DNA of 64,000 nt, taken from the NCBI GenBank assembly GCA_965220965.1, contig OZ244852.1:2144001-2208000 (forward strand), in the 5' to 3' direction. Origin of the DNA: Candidatus Marinacidobacterium sp. GTDB taxonomy: Bacteria > Acidobacteriota > Vicinamibacteria > Marinacidobacterales > Marinacidobacteraceae. Below, piece by piece: positions 35,710 to 45,389 of this stretch (position 1 is the stretch's first letter; each line of letters opens with the position of its first letter). The position numbers were made by a program, and so were the translations under genes. The notes under the pieces were generated by a model. That model did not search any database and was not told the origin of the DNA. It saw only the letters and a list, made by a program, of their open reading frames with translations.

Positions 35710-36506
35710 CCCAGCGCGCCGGTCTCGACGATCGCCACCGCGGCCACGGCCAGGATGAGGATCCACGCGAGGTAGTGCAGTTCCTCGCGTCGCCGGGTCT
35801 CGACGCGGGGCAGGTCCGGTCGGAATTTCCCGGACATGTTCCGCTGGATGTAGGTCTTGTAGTACTCGACGAGAAAGCGCTCGAGGCCGCCGTTCATGTA
35901 GATGAGGATCCCCAGGGCGACCGGGTCGCCCGGGTCCCGCAGCCAGTAGAAGAGCGGCGAGGCGACGGCGAGCGTCAACCCGGAACGGAGGAACTTGAAG
36001 AACTGAAACCCCTCGAAGGGAGCGTCCTTCCACGCGCCGCCTCCCGACACCAGCAGCCCGGTGGCGTAGGCGACGAGCAGGTACGACCAGAAACCCTCCA
36101 CCGGCGCCCCGATCATGAGCACGCCGAAGACGGCCGACACCAGCACGACGCCGGCGGCGGCGCGCAGCCCCCGGCTGTGGACCGGCCGCCCCAGAATCGC
36201 CAGTTGCGACGGTACGAAGTACTTGTCCTGCGGCTCGCTGCGGAAGCACCCCTTGTAGAGCTCGGTGAGGAAACGCTCCAGCCCCATCACCAGGAAGAAG
36301 AGCTGGACGAGCCCGAGCCCGGCCACCCGCCCGGCGAGCGTCGGAATCGCCGCCAGACCCGCGAAGAGGACCAGGGAGAGGAGGATGCTCCTCGGGAAGG
36401 TGCGCGGCTTGAAGCCCTCCCAGGGAGCGTCCTTGAACGCCCCCCAGAGGGAGGTGTAGAGACCGGAGAGGGCGGCGACGAGAAGACCGGTCACGGCGGA
36501 GAGCAA
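35706..36506 (-). CDS. Hypothetical integral membrane protein with internal duplication
   Basis: Multiple TM segments; motifs GA[FW]KDAP[WF]EGF and GLERFLxExYK each occur twice. Confidence 0.8.
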   Translation of the reverse strand: MLSAVTGLLVAALSGLYTSLWGAFKDAPWEGFKPRTFPRSILLSLVLFAGLAAIPTLAGRVAGLGLVQLFFLVMGLERFLTELYKGCFRSEPQDKYFVPSQLAILGRPVHSRGLRAAAGVVLVSAVFGVLMIGAPVEGFWSYLLVAYATGLLVSGGGAWKDAPFEGFQFFKFLRSGLTLAVASPLFYWLRDPGDPVALGILIYMNGGLERFLVEYYKTYIQRNMSGKFRPDLPRVETRRREELHYLAWILILAVAAVAIVETGALG

Positions 36507-36591
36507 GCCCGGACTCTACCGGGAAAGAGATCCCCGCCCGCCCCGGGAGAGTGACGCGCGACGGCGGAACCGGGCGCCCGGCCCGCCGCTC

Positions 36592-38817
36592 CTAGTTGAC
36601 GTCGAACTGGCGGGTGTACTTGATCGTCAGGCTCCGGTTCTGCGGGCCGATGAGAACGTTCCCGAGGCCCTCGGTGTCGTTGTAGACGATGAACAGCCCC
36701 GTCCCGGCGGTGTTCAGCCAGTTGAAGCGGACGTTCGAAGACCAGACATCGGCGTCGTCGTTGTACTGGAGGAGCGCCTGCAGGTAGATCAGCGGGGTGA
36801 AGTTCACCGCGACCCGGAACTGGCCCAGGTTCGCCACGAAGTTCCCTTCAGCGAGCTCGATGTCGTTGTAGAGCCACGACGCCGAGGTGATGAGCCGCGT
36901 TCCCCAGCGGAAGTTGAGCGTCGTGTCGACGGTGCGCTGTTCGCCGGAGAGGAACCCGCCGTAGTCGAGCCCTCCGCTGTAGGACAGCCGATCCGCCGAG
37001 TTCGTGTTCCAGCGCCAGCCCAACTGCCAGTGTTCGTAGGTTCCGGCGGGGACGACGATCCCCTCGCGGATCTCGAAGGGCTCTTCGAGCCCCTCCACGA
37101 TGCGGTTCATCGCAGGGCTGAGGTACCACCCGTTCTCGAAGTCGAGGTGGCTGTCGACGTGAAGGCGGGAGGTCTCGAGGAAGCCGCCGAGCGTCCGGAA
37201 GCCGTTGTAGGTGATGTGGGGCCGCAGCTCGCGGAAGATCGGCGCCCAGCTTGGCCGGTGGTAGCTGAAGTAGCCCCAGTCGAAACTCCGGTAGGCGGAA
37301 CGACGAAGGAAGCCGGCTTCCGGGTTGAAGTTCTGCTGGACCTCGGTCATGCCCAGCCAGAGGCGGAGGGTGTTCGTGAAGTACTCGCCCCGGGCCCGAT
37401 AGGCGTACTCGCCGCCCTCGAGATCCTCGTAGCCGGGAGTCTGGGTCCGCGCGGCGAAACCGCTGAAGGTCACGGACTCCCCGATGCCGAGCTGGCCGTC
37501 CACGCCCCAGGTCCGGTTCCAGTCATCCTCGAGGGCCGCCGCGCCGGTCCCCATCCGGTTCACGAACATCGCGCCGAGCGAGGACCGCTGCCCGAACTCC
37601 CGGCTGACGCTGGCCACCGTGAAGTTGTTCGCGGCCACGACGCCGGAAACTTCCTGCGTCTGCATGTTGAGGAAGCCGAGGTTGTAGTCGCCGGCCTTGC
37701 CCGAGAGCCGGGCGCCTCCGAGGATCGGCACCCGGGCGCCGTTCGGGCCGATCCCGATCCGGCGGCTGAAGAAGAGATCGACCGAACCCGGGGCCCCCAT
37801 CGAGAAGTTGCCGGCGTTCTCCAGGAAGAACCCGCGCTTCTCGGGGAAGAAGAGATTGAACCGCGTCAGGTTGATCTGCTGATCGTCCACCTCGACCTGG
37901 GCGAAATCAGTGTTGTAAGTCAGGTCGAGGTTCAGGCTGGGGGTGATGCCGATCTTCGCGTCGGCGCCGAAGTCGAACTGGGTCTGCGCCTCGGTCTCGG
38001 CCGCGTAGTCGCGTCCGGCCGCGCCGAGGGCGTAGGGCGTGACCTGGATGTTGCGGGGCGTGCGCAGGTTCAACCCCTGCAGCTCGCCGGCGGAGGAGAG
38101 CCGGTAGAGGTTGTAGTTCCTCGCCACCGGGGACCAGAAGGCCTCCTCCCGCTTGCGGCGGATGTTCCGCTGGAAGTTGAGACCCCAGGTCTGGGGGCTC
38201 GTCCCGTAACGCAGCGTCCGCAGCGGAATGGCGAACTCGGCGGACCAGCCGTCGTCTCCGACGTGCGTGGCGACGCTCCAGGCGGCGTCCCAGTTCAGGT
38301 TGAAGCCGCCGCCGGAGCCGGTCCGGGCGCGCATCTGCGGTCCGCCTCCCATGCCGCCGCCGCCCCCGGCGTTGCTGACCTGCCCGTCGTACTCGAGCCC
38401 CGACGGGGTCGTGCCGAATACGAAGCCGTTCTGGAGGTCGTGGTAGGTGTCGAAGATGACCTGGAAAGAGTCGGTGTCGTCGAGGCCCGAGTCGCGGCGG
38501 GCGTCGGTGGCGATGATGCCGGAGGGGTCCGAGTCGTAGAGCATCGCGCCGATGTAAATGGCATCCTCGTCAAAGAGGATGCGGACCTCGGTGCGCTCGG
38601 TGGAGGGCTCCCCCTCGAAGGGGTTCGCCTGCACGAAGTCGGTCAGCGGCTCGGCCGCGGCCCAGACATCCTCATCGAGCCGGCCGTCGATGGCGGGGGC
38701 CTCGATGGCCGCCGTGGCGCGTCCGATCCGCGCGCCCGAGACGGTTTCTTCCTCCACCCCATAGGCGGAGCCTGACACAAGACCTGCAGACAGCAGGAGG
38801 AGAGCAACGCGCGGCAT
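36592..38817 (-). CDS. DUF5916 / CBM9-like domain outer-membrane protein
   Basis: PAIDGRLDE, GWSAEFAIPLRTLRY, LDLTYNTDFAQVEVD, RFNLFFPEKRGFFLEN, LFFSRRIG, barrel-like C-terminus. Confidence 0.85.
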   Translation of the reverse strand: MPRVALLLLSAGLVSGSAYGVEEETVSGARIGRATAAIEAPAIDGRLDEDVWAAAEPLTDFVQANPFEGEPSTERTEVRILFDEDAIYIGAMLYDSDPSGIIATDARRDSGLDDTDSFQVIFDTYHDLQNGFVFGTTPSGLEYDGQVSNAGGGGGMGGGPQMRARTGSGGGFNLNWDAAWSVATHVGDDGWSAEFAIPLRTLRYGTSPQTWGLNFQRNIRRKREEAFWSPVARNYNLYRLSSAGELQGLNLRTPRNIQVTPYALGAAGRDYAAETEAQTQFDFGADAKIGITPSLNLDLTYNTDFAQVEVDDQQINLTRFNLFFPEKRGFFLENAGNFSMGAPGSVDLFFSRRIGIGPNGARVPILGGARLSGKAGDYNLGFLNMQTQEVSGVVAANNFTVASVSREFGQRSSLGAMFVNRMGTGAAALEDDWNRTWGVDGQLGIGESVTFSGFAARTQTPGYEDLEGGEYAYRARGEYFTNTLRLWLGMTEVQQNFNPEAGFLRRSAYRSFDWGYFSYHRPSWAPIFRELRPHITYNGFRTLGGFLETSRLHVDSHLDFENGWYLSPAMNRIVEGLEEPFEIREGIVVPAGTYEHWQLGWRWNTNSADRLSYSGGLDYGGFLSGEQRTVDTTLNFRWGTRLITSASWLYNDIELAEGNFVANLGQFRVAVNFTPLIYLQALLQYNDDADVWSSNVRFNWLNTAGTGLFIVYNDTEGLGNVLIGPQNRSLTIKYTRQFDVN

Positions 38818-39012
38818 AACCCCGCAAATTTACCGCGCCGCGGCGGGCGCCGCCTGCCCCGGGACGGAGTCCGTTCCGACGGCGCGCGAAGAGCTCCTTG
38901 AACAGTCCGTGAACAGTCGCCGCCGCTCACGATCCGGAGAAAGTCTGGTGGCATAGTTCGCGCCACCGCGCCGAACGCGGCGCCAACCCCCGCCCTGAGA
39001 GGAGCCAACCCC

Positions 39013-39792
39013 TTGAGTGATCGCAACCCGGCAAGCGCCCGGGAACTTCTCGACTTCGCAACCGAAATCGCCTGGGAGGCCGGACGCCTCATCATGCGCC
39101 ACTTCCAGGTGGGCGTCGGCGTCCAGCAGAAGCCGGACCGCACCCCGGTGACCGAGGCCGATGTCGCCGGAGAACGGCTGCTCCGCAAGCGGATCCAGGC
39201 GAAGTTTCCGGGCCACCGGATCCTCGGCGAGGAGGACGGCGAGTCGGGGTCCGATCCGACGCACCGGTGGATCCTCGATCCGATCGACGGCACGACCTCG
39301 TTCATCCACGGGGTGCCGCTCTTCGGGATGCTCATCGGGCTCGAGGTCTCCGGCGAGGCGGTCGTCGGCGTCTCGAACATCGCCGGGCTCGGCGAGATGG
39401 TCACCGGCGCGCGCGGGGTCGGCGCGTTCTGGAACGGTCGGCCGGCGCGGGTGTCGCAGGTGACGGACATCGAAAACGCCCTCGCCACGACGACGGACCC
39501 GGCGACGATCGGGCCGATCTGGGACGCGGTCGGCGCCCGGGGCGCGGTGCGTCGCACCTGGGGCGACGCCTTCGGCCACTCGCTGGTGTGCACCGGCCGC
39601 TCGGAGATCGGGCTGGACCCGGAGATGAAGGCGTGGGACTCGAGCCCCTTCCTGCCGATCCTCGAGGAAGCGGGAGGCCGGTTCACCGACTGGGACGGGA
39701 ACCGGACGATCCACGGGCCGAACGCCCTGAGCACGAACGGGGCGCTGCACGACGAGGTGCTCGCCCTCCTCGCGGAAGTGCGGGGAGGCTGA
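39013..39792 (+). CDS. Inositol-monophosphatase-family protein (histidinol-phosphatase HisN-like)
   Basis: KPDRTPVTEAD, ILGEE, WILDPIDGTTSF, AWD..ILEEAGG. Confidence 0.88.
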   Translation: MSDRNPASARELLDFATEIAWEAGRLIMRHFQVGVGVQQKPDRTPVTEADVAGERLLRKRIQAKFPGHRILGEEDGESGSDPTHRWILDPIDGTTSFIHGVPLFGMLIGLEVSGEAVVGVSNIAGLGEMVTGARGVGAFWNGRPARVSQVTDIENALATTTDPATIGPIWDAVGARGAVRRTWGDAFGHSLVCTGRSEIGLDPEMKAWDSSPFLPILEEAGGRFTDWDGNRTIHGPNALSTNGALHDEVLALLAEVRGG

Positions 39793-39822
39793 TCCGCCGC
39801 CGGCCGTCAGAAGCGCCGCGGC

Positions 39823-40806
39823 TCAGCGCGCGGTCGGCGCTTCGGGTCGGGACAGATCGGGGCGACCCGGTTCGTCGTAGCGATCCACGTACTCGCGGAC
39901 CAGGTCGCACTTCCGGAAGCCGGGAACGGCGGTCGCCGTCCGGCGGGCGAGATCGCCGAAGTCGAGCGACCGGAGTTGCTCGAGCGCCAGCGGGGTGCGC
40001 GCCTTGAAGAGCATCCACTGCTTGTGCTTCTCGCAGCGGTCCGCGTCGGTCTCGCGCCGCGAATAGTCCTGCCAGCCCTGGCACGGAACGCCGAAATCGA
40101 AGTCGTTCTCGAACACCTTGAGCGCGTCGCGGGTGTTGTTGTACTGCCAGAGAAGGAAGTCGGGGTGGCGGATGGGGGGAGGCCGCAAGAGGCGCCGGTC
40201 CCGGTGCGGGCTCCGCGCCCGGGTCCAGATCTGGAACTCGGTGTTCACCCGGTAGGGACGTCCGTCGCCCAGGACGAAGGAATCGGGGGCCAGCGTCCGG
40301 GCGAAGATCCAGCGGAAGCCCGGCGGAAGGTGTCGGTGCGCGCCGTACTTGCGAAAGTTCAGCGGCAGGATGAATCCGATCGTGTCAGCGAATTCCGCCG
40401 CCCTCTGGAAGAACCGCAGCGCCAGGCGCCCGCGCTTGCCGAAGGGCGGATTGCCGACCACGACGACCGCTTCCCGGCCGAGCGGAAGGTCCGGAGTCCA
40501 GTCCAGAAAGTCCCGACGCGCGATGCCGTCGCAGGCGGGTTCGAGGTCCATGCCGATGCGCCGGCCGGGCGGAAGATGGCGGTGGAAGGCGCCGGCGCCC
40601 GCCGAAGGCTCGACGAAGAGCGGCTCGTCCGGAATGGCGATCCCGGGGAGGACGCGGAAGAGGTCCTCAAGGCACGCCTCGGCCACGGCCGGCCGGGTGT
40701 AGAAGGCGTCCAGCCGGGAGGCGTCGGCGCCCCGATCCGCTAACGTGGCGCCGCCATGACCGCTGAGCGGCGAACCCGCCACGATCCGCCCACTCACGCC
40801 CGACAT
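39823..40806 (-). CDS. Orphan N6-adenine DNA methyltransferase-like protein
   Basis: DAFYT, FVEPSAGAGAF (motif I), VVGNPPFG (motif IV), IGFILP. Confidence 0.75.
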   Translation of the reverse strand: MSGVSGRIVAGSPLSGHGGATLADRGADASRLDAFYTRPAVAEACLEDLFRVLPGIAIPDEPLFVEPSAGAGAFHRHLPPGRRIGMDLEPACDGIARRDFLDWTPDLPLGREAVVVVGNPPFGKRGRLALRFFQRAAEFADTIGFILPLNFRKYGAHRHLPPGFRWIFARTLAPDSFVLGDGRPYRVNTEFQIWTRARSPHRDRRLLRPPPIRHPDFLLWQYNNTRDALKVFENDFDFGVPCQGWQDYSRRETDADRCEKHKQWMLFKARTPLALEQLRSLDFGDLARRTATAVPGFRKCDLVREYVDRYDEPGRPDLSRPEAPTAR

Positions 40807-40854
40807 CCCGCGAGGTCTGTCGAACCCGGGTTCCCGTCCGGAGACTCAGCCTCG

Positions 40855-40992
40855 GATCCACCGGCTCCCAGCGCCGGGATCGCGGTCATCTTCAACCTCG
40901 GAGAAGCCACCGAACCCACGGACATCGAAGCTGACAAGGACCGCCTGATCGGCGAGGCGATCGCGTCCCGCAAGGCAGACCTCGCTCCCTGA
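40855..40992 (+). pseudogene. Possible C-terminal remnant of a CopG/VapB-like antitoxin
   Basis: IAVIFNLGEATEPTDIEADKDRLIGEAI resembles the tails of RHH antitoxins; no convincing N-terminus and no toxin follows. Confidence 0.35.
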
Positions 40993-42423
40993 TCAGTCGG
41001 ACCCGGCGGAACGCCGCTCCGCCTGGACGCGGCGGACGACCTCCTGGATCTGCTCGGCGAACCCGCGGGCCCTCTCGAGGACCTCGGCTTCGTTGACCGT
41101 CGTGATCTCTCCGTCGCGGACCACGATCCGGCCGTTCACCAGGACGGTGGAGACGTCGCCCCCCCGCACGGCGTAGACCAGGTGCGAGTAGGGGCGGTAG
41201 AGCGGGGTGAGGTGCGCCTGGCGGGTCTCGACCAGGACGATGTCGGCCCGCTTGCCCACCTCGAGCGAGCCGATCCGGTCCTGGAGGTTCAGGACGCGGG
41301 CGCCGCCCATCGTGGCCATGCGGAACACCGTCTCGGCGGGCATCGCGGCCGGATCGCCGGTGGCGAACTTGGGGAGCTTCGCCGCCATGTCCATCTCGCC
41401 GAACATGTCGAGGTTGTTGTTGCTGGCCGCGCCATCGGTTCCGAGACCGACGGGAACGCCGGCGGCGAGGAGCTCCGCCACCGGGGCGGCGCGCGACGAA
41501 CCCAGCTTCATGTTGCTCTCGGGGTTATGGGCGACGCCGGCGCCGCCGGCGGCGATGCGGGCGATGTCGTCCTCGGTCAGATACGTGCCGTGGGCCAGCA
41601 CCACGCCCGGGCGAAGCGCCCCGATGGACTCGAGCGCCGGGATCGTCTTCATGCCGATCGCGGCCTCGATCCGCGCATCCTCGTCCTCGGCCTCCACGAC
41701 GTGGATCTGGAACGGGGCGTCGTAGCGGTCCGCAAGTTCGAACGCGGCGCGAGTGGGCTCGAGCGGCGTCGTGTAGAGCGCGTGGGCGGCGGTACCGGGG
41801 ATCAGCGTGGGATGGTCCCGGTACTTCTCGAAGAACGCCTCGGCGCCCCGGAGCGACTCCTCGGGGCTCGGGAAGTCCGGCGTGGGAAAGCCGATCACGT
41901 GTGGACCCACGACCGCCCGGATCCCCGCCTCGATCGTCGCCCGGGCGGCGTCCTCGCGGAAGTAGTACATGTCGGTGAACGTCGTCGTGCCGCTCTTCAG
42001 CATCTCGATCGAGGCGAGGAGCGTCCCCCAGTAGACGAAGTCGGGGGCGACGAGCTCGGCCTCCGCCGGAAAGATGTTCTCCTCGAGCCACGTCATGAGC
42101 GGAAGGTCGTCGGCGAGGCCCCGGAGAAGCGTCATCGCCGCGTGGCCGTGGGTGTTCACCAGACCGGGAATCACGAGCTGCCCGGTGGCGTCGATCGTCG
42201 GAATGTCCGGCGGGCGCGGCGCCGCCCGATCGAAGAGCCCCACGATCCGGTCGTTCTCCACCAGAACCGCGCCCCCTTCGAGGATCGTGCCGGCGTCATC
42301 CATGACGACGACCGCGCCGCCGTCGATGAGGAGGCGCTCCACCTGTGCGGCGCCCGAACCCGAACACCCCGAACCGGCGAGCGGCAGCGCGAGGAGGAGG
42401 CTGGAAGAAGAGACTCTGGCCAT
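40993..42423 (-). CDS. Amidohydrolase (MTA/SAH deaminase-like), probable lipoprotein
   Basis: PGLVNTHGH, HNPESNMKL, GLGTDGAASNN, GSLEVGKRADI; signal with GSGC. Confidence 0.9.
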   Translation of the reverse strand: MARVSSSSLLLALPLAGSGCSGSGAAQVERLLIDGGAVVVMDDAGTILEGGAVLVENDRIVGLFDRAAPRPPDIPTIDATGQLVIPGLVNTHGHAAMTLLRGLADDLPLMTWLEENIFPAEAELVAPDFVYWGTLLASIEMLKSGTTTFTDMYYFREDAARATIEAGIRAVVGPHVIGFPTPDFPSPEESLRGAEAFFEKYRDHPTLIPGTAAHALYTTPLEPTRAAFELADRYDAPFQIHVVEAEDEDARIEAAIGMKTIPALESIGALRPGVVLAHGTYLTEDDIARIAAGGAGVAHNPESNMKLGSSRAAPVAELLAAGVPVGLGTDGAASNNNLDMFGEMDMAAKLPKFATGDPAAMPAETVFRMATMGGARVLNLQDRIGSLEVGKRADIVLVETRQAHLTPLYRPYSHLVYAVRGGDVSTVLVNGRIVVRDGEITTVNEAEVLERARGFAEQIQEVVRRVQAERRSAGSD

Positions 42424-42433
42424 GACGCGGTGA

Positions 42434-44236
42434 TTATCGGGCGGGGGAGCACCCATCGGGCGAACCGGCGTCATCGAAGCCCGGATCCAGGCTGCTGGTG
42501 AACCGGGCGGGGCGGAGGCGGTTCATGACGGCGGCGATCTCGTGGCGGCGGGGACGCGCGAGGCGTCCGGGGTGGCGCCCGGCCCGCCCCTCCCCGGTCA
42601 GGGCATCGGGGCCGTCGCGGTCGAGCAACGCGTCGAGCTCATCCAGGACGTCGGCGACGGAGCGCCCCGGGAAGTCGCGGGCGGCGAGCGCGACCGCGTG
42701 GCCGGCGGCGCGCGTCTGGCTGGCGCAGAAGAGCTGGTCGAGCGCCCGGAGGTCGACCTCCGACTCCCCGTACTCAAGGATCTCGCGGCGCGCGGCGCGG
42801 ATCCGGGAACGGCCCCGCCGCCCCGAAGGATCGAGGCTCGCCGGCGCGGGGGTTCGCACGCGCCGCCCGAAGCCGCCCGGAACGGGCTCCTCCGCCCGGC
42901 GGGTCGGAAGCTCTCGCGCCACCTGGCGGGCAAGCGCGGTGACCTCCCGGGGGCGGTAGCCGGTCATCTGGATCACGGTGTCCGCGGCCTCGAAGTAGTC
43001 ACCGGAACCGCCCATCACCAGGATCGTCGAGACGCCGCGCTCCTCGTGGAGTTCGCGCACCCGGTCGAGGAAGGGGGTGATGGGCTCGGCCTCGCGGGCC
43101 ACCAGCGCCTGCATCCGGGCGTCCCGGATCATGAGGTTGGTCGCCGAGGTGTCCTCGTCCAGCAGGAGCAGGCGGGCGCCCGCCTCGACGGCCTCCACGA
43201 TGGAAGCCGCCTGGCTGGTGCTGCCGCTCGCGTTGGAGGTGGCGAACCGCTCCGTGGGCCACCCGCCGGGGAGATCCCGCAGGAAGGGACGGACATCCAC
43301 TTCCTGGACCGAGCGGCCTTCCTCGGCGCGGATCGTGACCGCATCCGGCCGGGTGACGACCCGCTCGCGACCGTCCCCCGGAACGTGCGGGACAACCGAC
43401 CGGGCGAGCGCCTGAAGGAGCGTGGACTTGCCGTGGTAGCCGCCCCCGACGATCAGGGTGACGCCCACGGGGATCCCCATCCCGGAGACCGCGCCGCCGT
43501 CCGGGAGGTCGAGCGTGACGCGGAGCGAGGGCGGGCTCTCGAACGGGACCGCCGGCGGGGTCGGAAGCGGCCGGTCGCTCGCCCCATCGGCGCGCGGCAG
43601 GACGGCGCCGTCCGCCACAAACGCCGCAAGACCGCGGTGCGCGAGCTGCGCCCGCAGGCCCTCCTGGAGCTCGATGTCCTCGACGAAGGCTTCCGGTCCG
43701 GAGGGCGCCAGGTTCCTCGCGACCAGCGCCGCTTCGGCGATCCGCGGCAGTCGCCGGGTCAGGAGCTCGGCGGCGCTGCGGCCGAGGATCCGGCGCCCGG
43801 CGGCGGGAAGGCCGACCTCGAGACGCGCTTCGACCACCCCGGGAGCGAGAGGACCGCCGACCCACCCCACCAGCACCGCGGACCGCTCGAGGACTTCCTG
43901 CCCTCCGGCGTCGATCCGCACTTCGCCGCTGTGGCCCGAGCCGGACCGGCCTTCGGCGGCGCGTTCCGGCCCGGCGGCGCGCGCGACCCGGCGCGCGAGG
44001 TCATCGGCGAACGCGATCCGGCGAACCGGGGTGGCGTAGAGCGTCGGCGAAAAACCGGCGGCGTCCGCCTCGAGCCGCAGGCGCACCCGCGAGGGCGGGG
44101 CGAAGGGGTCCCGCGCCACCCGGTCCACGAACAGCGTGAGCCCGGGGCCCAGCCGCCACCCACCTTCGAGCGCGCGGTACGCCGGGTAGCCCCGGCCCTC
44201 GAGCCGGCGGCAGGCGTCCGCCAGCCCTTCTCTCAA
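42434..44236 (-). CDS. ABC-class ATPase domain protein (COG3044-like)
   Basis: DPFAPPSR, LPAAGRRILG, VGGGYHGKSTLL, ASGSTSQAA, LLLDEDTSATN, EPITPF, GGSGDYF. Confidence 0.87.
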   Translation of the reverse strand: MREGLADACRRLEGRGYPAYRALEGGWRLGPGLTLFVDRVARDPFAPPSRVRLRLEADAAGFSPTLYATPVRRIAFADDLARRVARAAGPERAAEGRSGSGHSGEVRIDAGGQEVLERSAVLVGWVGGPLAPGVVEARLEVGLPAAGRRILGRSAAELLTRRLPRIAEAALVARNLAPSGPEAFVEDIELQEGLRAQLAHRGLAAFVADGAVLPRADGASDRPLPTPPAVPFESPPSLRVTLDLPDGGAVSGMGIPVGVTLIVGGGYHGKSTLLQALARSVVPHVPGDGRERVVTRPDAVTIRAEEGRSVQEVDVRPFLRDLPGGWPTERFATSNASGSTSQAASIVEAVEAGARLLLLDEDTSATNLMIRDARMQALVAREAEPITPFLDRVRELHEERGVSTILVMGGSGDYFEAADTVIQMTGYRPREVTALARQVARELPTRRAEEPVPGGFGRRVRTPAPASLDPSGRRGRSRIRAARREILEYGESEVDLRALDQLFCASQTRAAGHAVALAARDFPGRSVADVLDELDALLDRDGPDALTGEGRAGRHPGRLARPRRHEIAAVMNRLRPARFTSSLDPGFDDAGSPDGCSPAR

Positions 44237-44327
44237 CCGGGTCCGGATCGCGGCGTCATCCCGGCGGCGCGGGACGATCCCGGCGGGCTCGTGGGCAAGG
44301 CGCTACCATCGTACTTTCCGTCGGGCA

Positions 44328-45389
44328 GTGGTTGGGATCGAGGTCGTTCCGGGGGGATCCGGCGCCGGGGGCGACGGCGCGCGCACGCGGTCCCACTGGG
44401 CGGACCACACCGGCGAGCTCCGGCGGCGGCTCGCGAAGGCCGTGCCGCAGGAGGCGCTCCGCCGCCTGCACCAGCGACGGGCCTTGCCCCACTTCCTCGT
44501 CCTCGGGTGGCAGTTCCTGCTCCTCTTCGGGTTCGGGGCCGTCGCGTTCCGCAGTTCCACCTGGTGGGTCTGGGTTCCCGCCGCCGTCGTCGTCGGGTTC
44601 ACCGTCTTCAACTTCACGGTGATGCTCCACGAGGTGGTCCACGAAGCCGTCTTCGACGGCCGGCGGCGCCGCGCCCACCAGATCCTGCGTCACCTCTACG
44701 CCTTCCCGAGCGGCATTTCCGCCACCCAGTTCACCCGGTGGCACCTGGACCACCACGCCCAGCTCGGAGACGCCGAGGGCGACCCCAAGCGCCACTGGCT
44801 CTCGCCGAAGCGCAACGCCCGGTGGTTCAAGGCGCTCTACCTCACCCCGGCGCTGATCCCCATCTACTTTCGCGCCGCCCGGCGGGAGAGCGCGCGCTAT
44901 CCGGAAGCGCTCCGCCGACGGATCGCCCGCGAGCGGCGGCTCACCGTGATGGGCCACCTCGCGATCGCCGCCGTCCTGGTCTGGGTGGGGGCCGACGCTC
45001 CCGGCGGGGGGCTCGCGGCGATGGCGCGGGCCTGGCTCGTTCCCGTGCTCCTGGTCTTCCCGGTGGCGTTCACGCTGAACCGCCTGGGCCAGCACTACGA
45101 CATCGCGCCGGACAACCCCGCGCTGTGGGGGAGCGTGCTGCGGCCCTCGCGATTCTGGGACGCCGCCTTCCTGTGGTCCGGCTACCACCTCGAGCACCAC
45201 TACTTCCCCCGCGTCCCGTTCTACAACCTGCGCGCCCTCCACTTCCTGCTGCGGCCCTTCTTCGACAGCATCGGGGCGCGCCCCACCGGCTACGGACGGC
45301 TGCTGTGGCTCTGGTTCGTCGAGAACCGGCCTCCCCATACCGACTGGCGGGCGGGCGCGCGGTCCGCGACCGGGGCGGAGCCGGCGTGA
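44328..45389 (+). CDS. Fatty-acid-desaturase-family membrane di-iron enzyme
   Basis: His boxes HEVVH, HLDHH, HLEHH; TM segments; PRVPFYNL. Confidence 0.88.
   Translation: MVGIEVVPGGSGAGGDGARTRSHWADHTGELRRRLAKAVPQEALRRLHQRRALPHFLVLGWQFLLLFGFGAVAFRSSTWWVWVPAAVVVGFTVFNFTVMLHEVVHEAVFDGRRRRAHQILRHLYAFPSGISATQFTRWHLDHHAQLGDAEGDPKRHWLSPKRNARWFKALYLTPALIPIYFRAARRESARYPEALRRRIARERRLTVMGHLAIAAVLVWVGADAPGGGLAAMARAWLVPVLLVFPVAFTLNRLGQHYDIAPDNPALWGSVLRPSRFWDAAFLWSGYHLEHHYFPRVPFYNLRALHFLLRPFFDSIGARPTGYGRLLWLWFVENRPPHTDWRAGARSATGAEPA

Noticed and set aside
37760-37940. Nucleotide similarity to about 63550-63750
   Set aside because: Explained by the conserved core of two DUF5916-type paralogs, not a mobile repeat.
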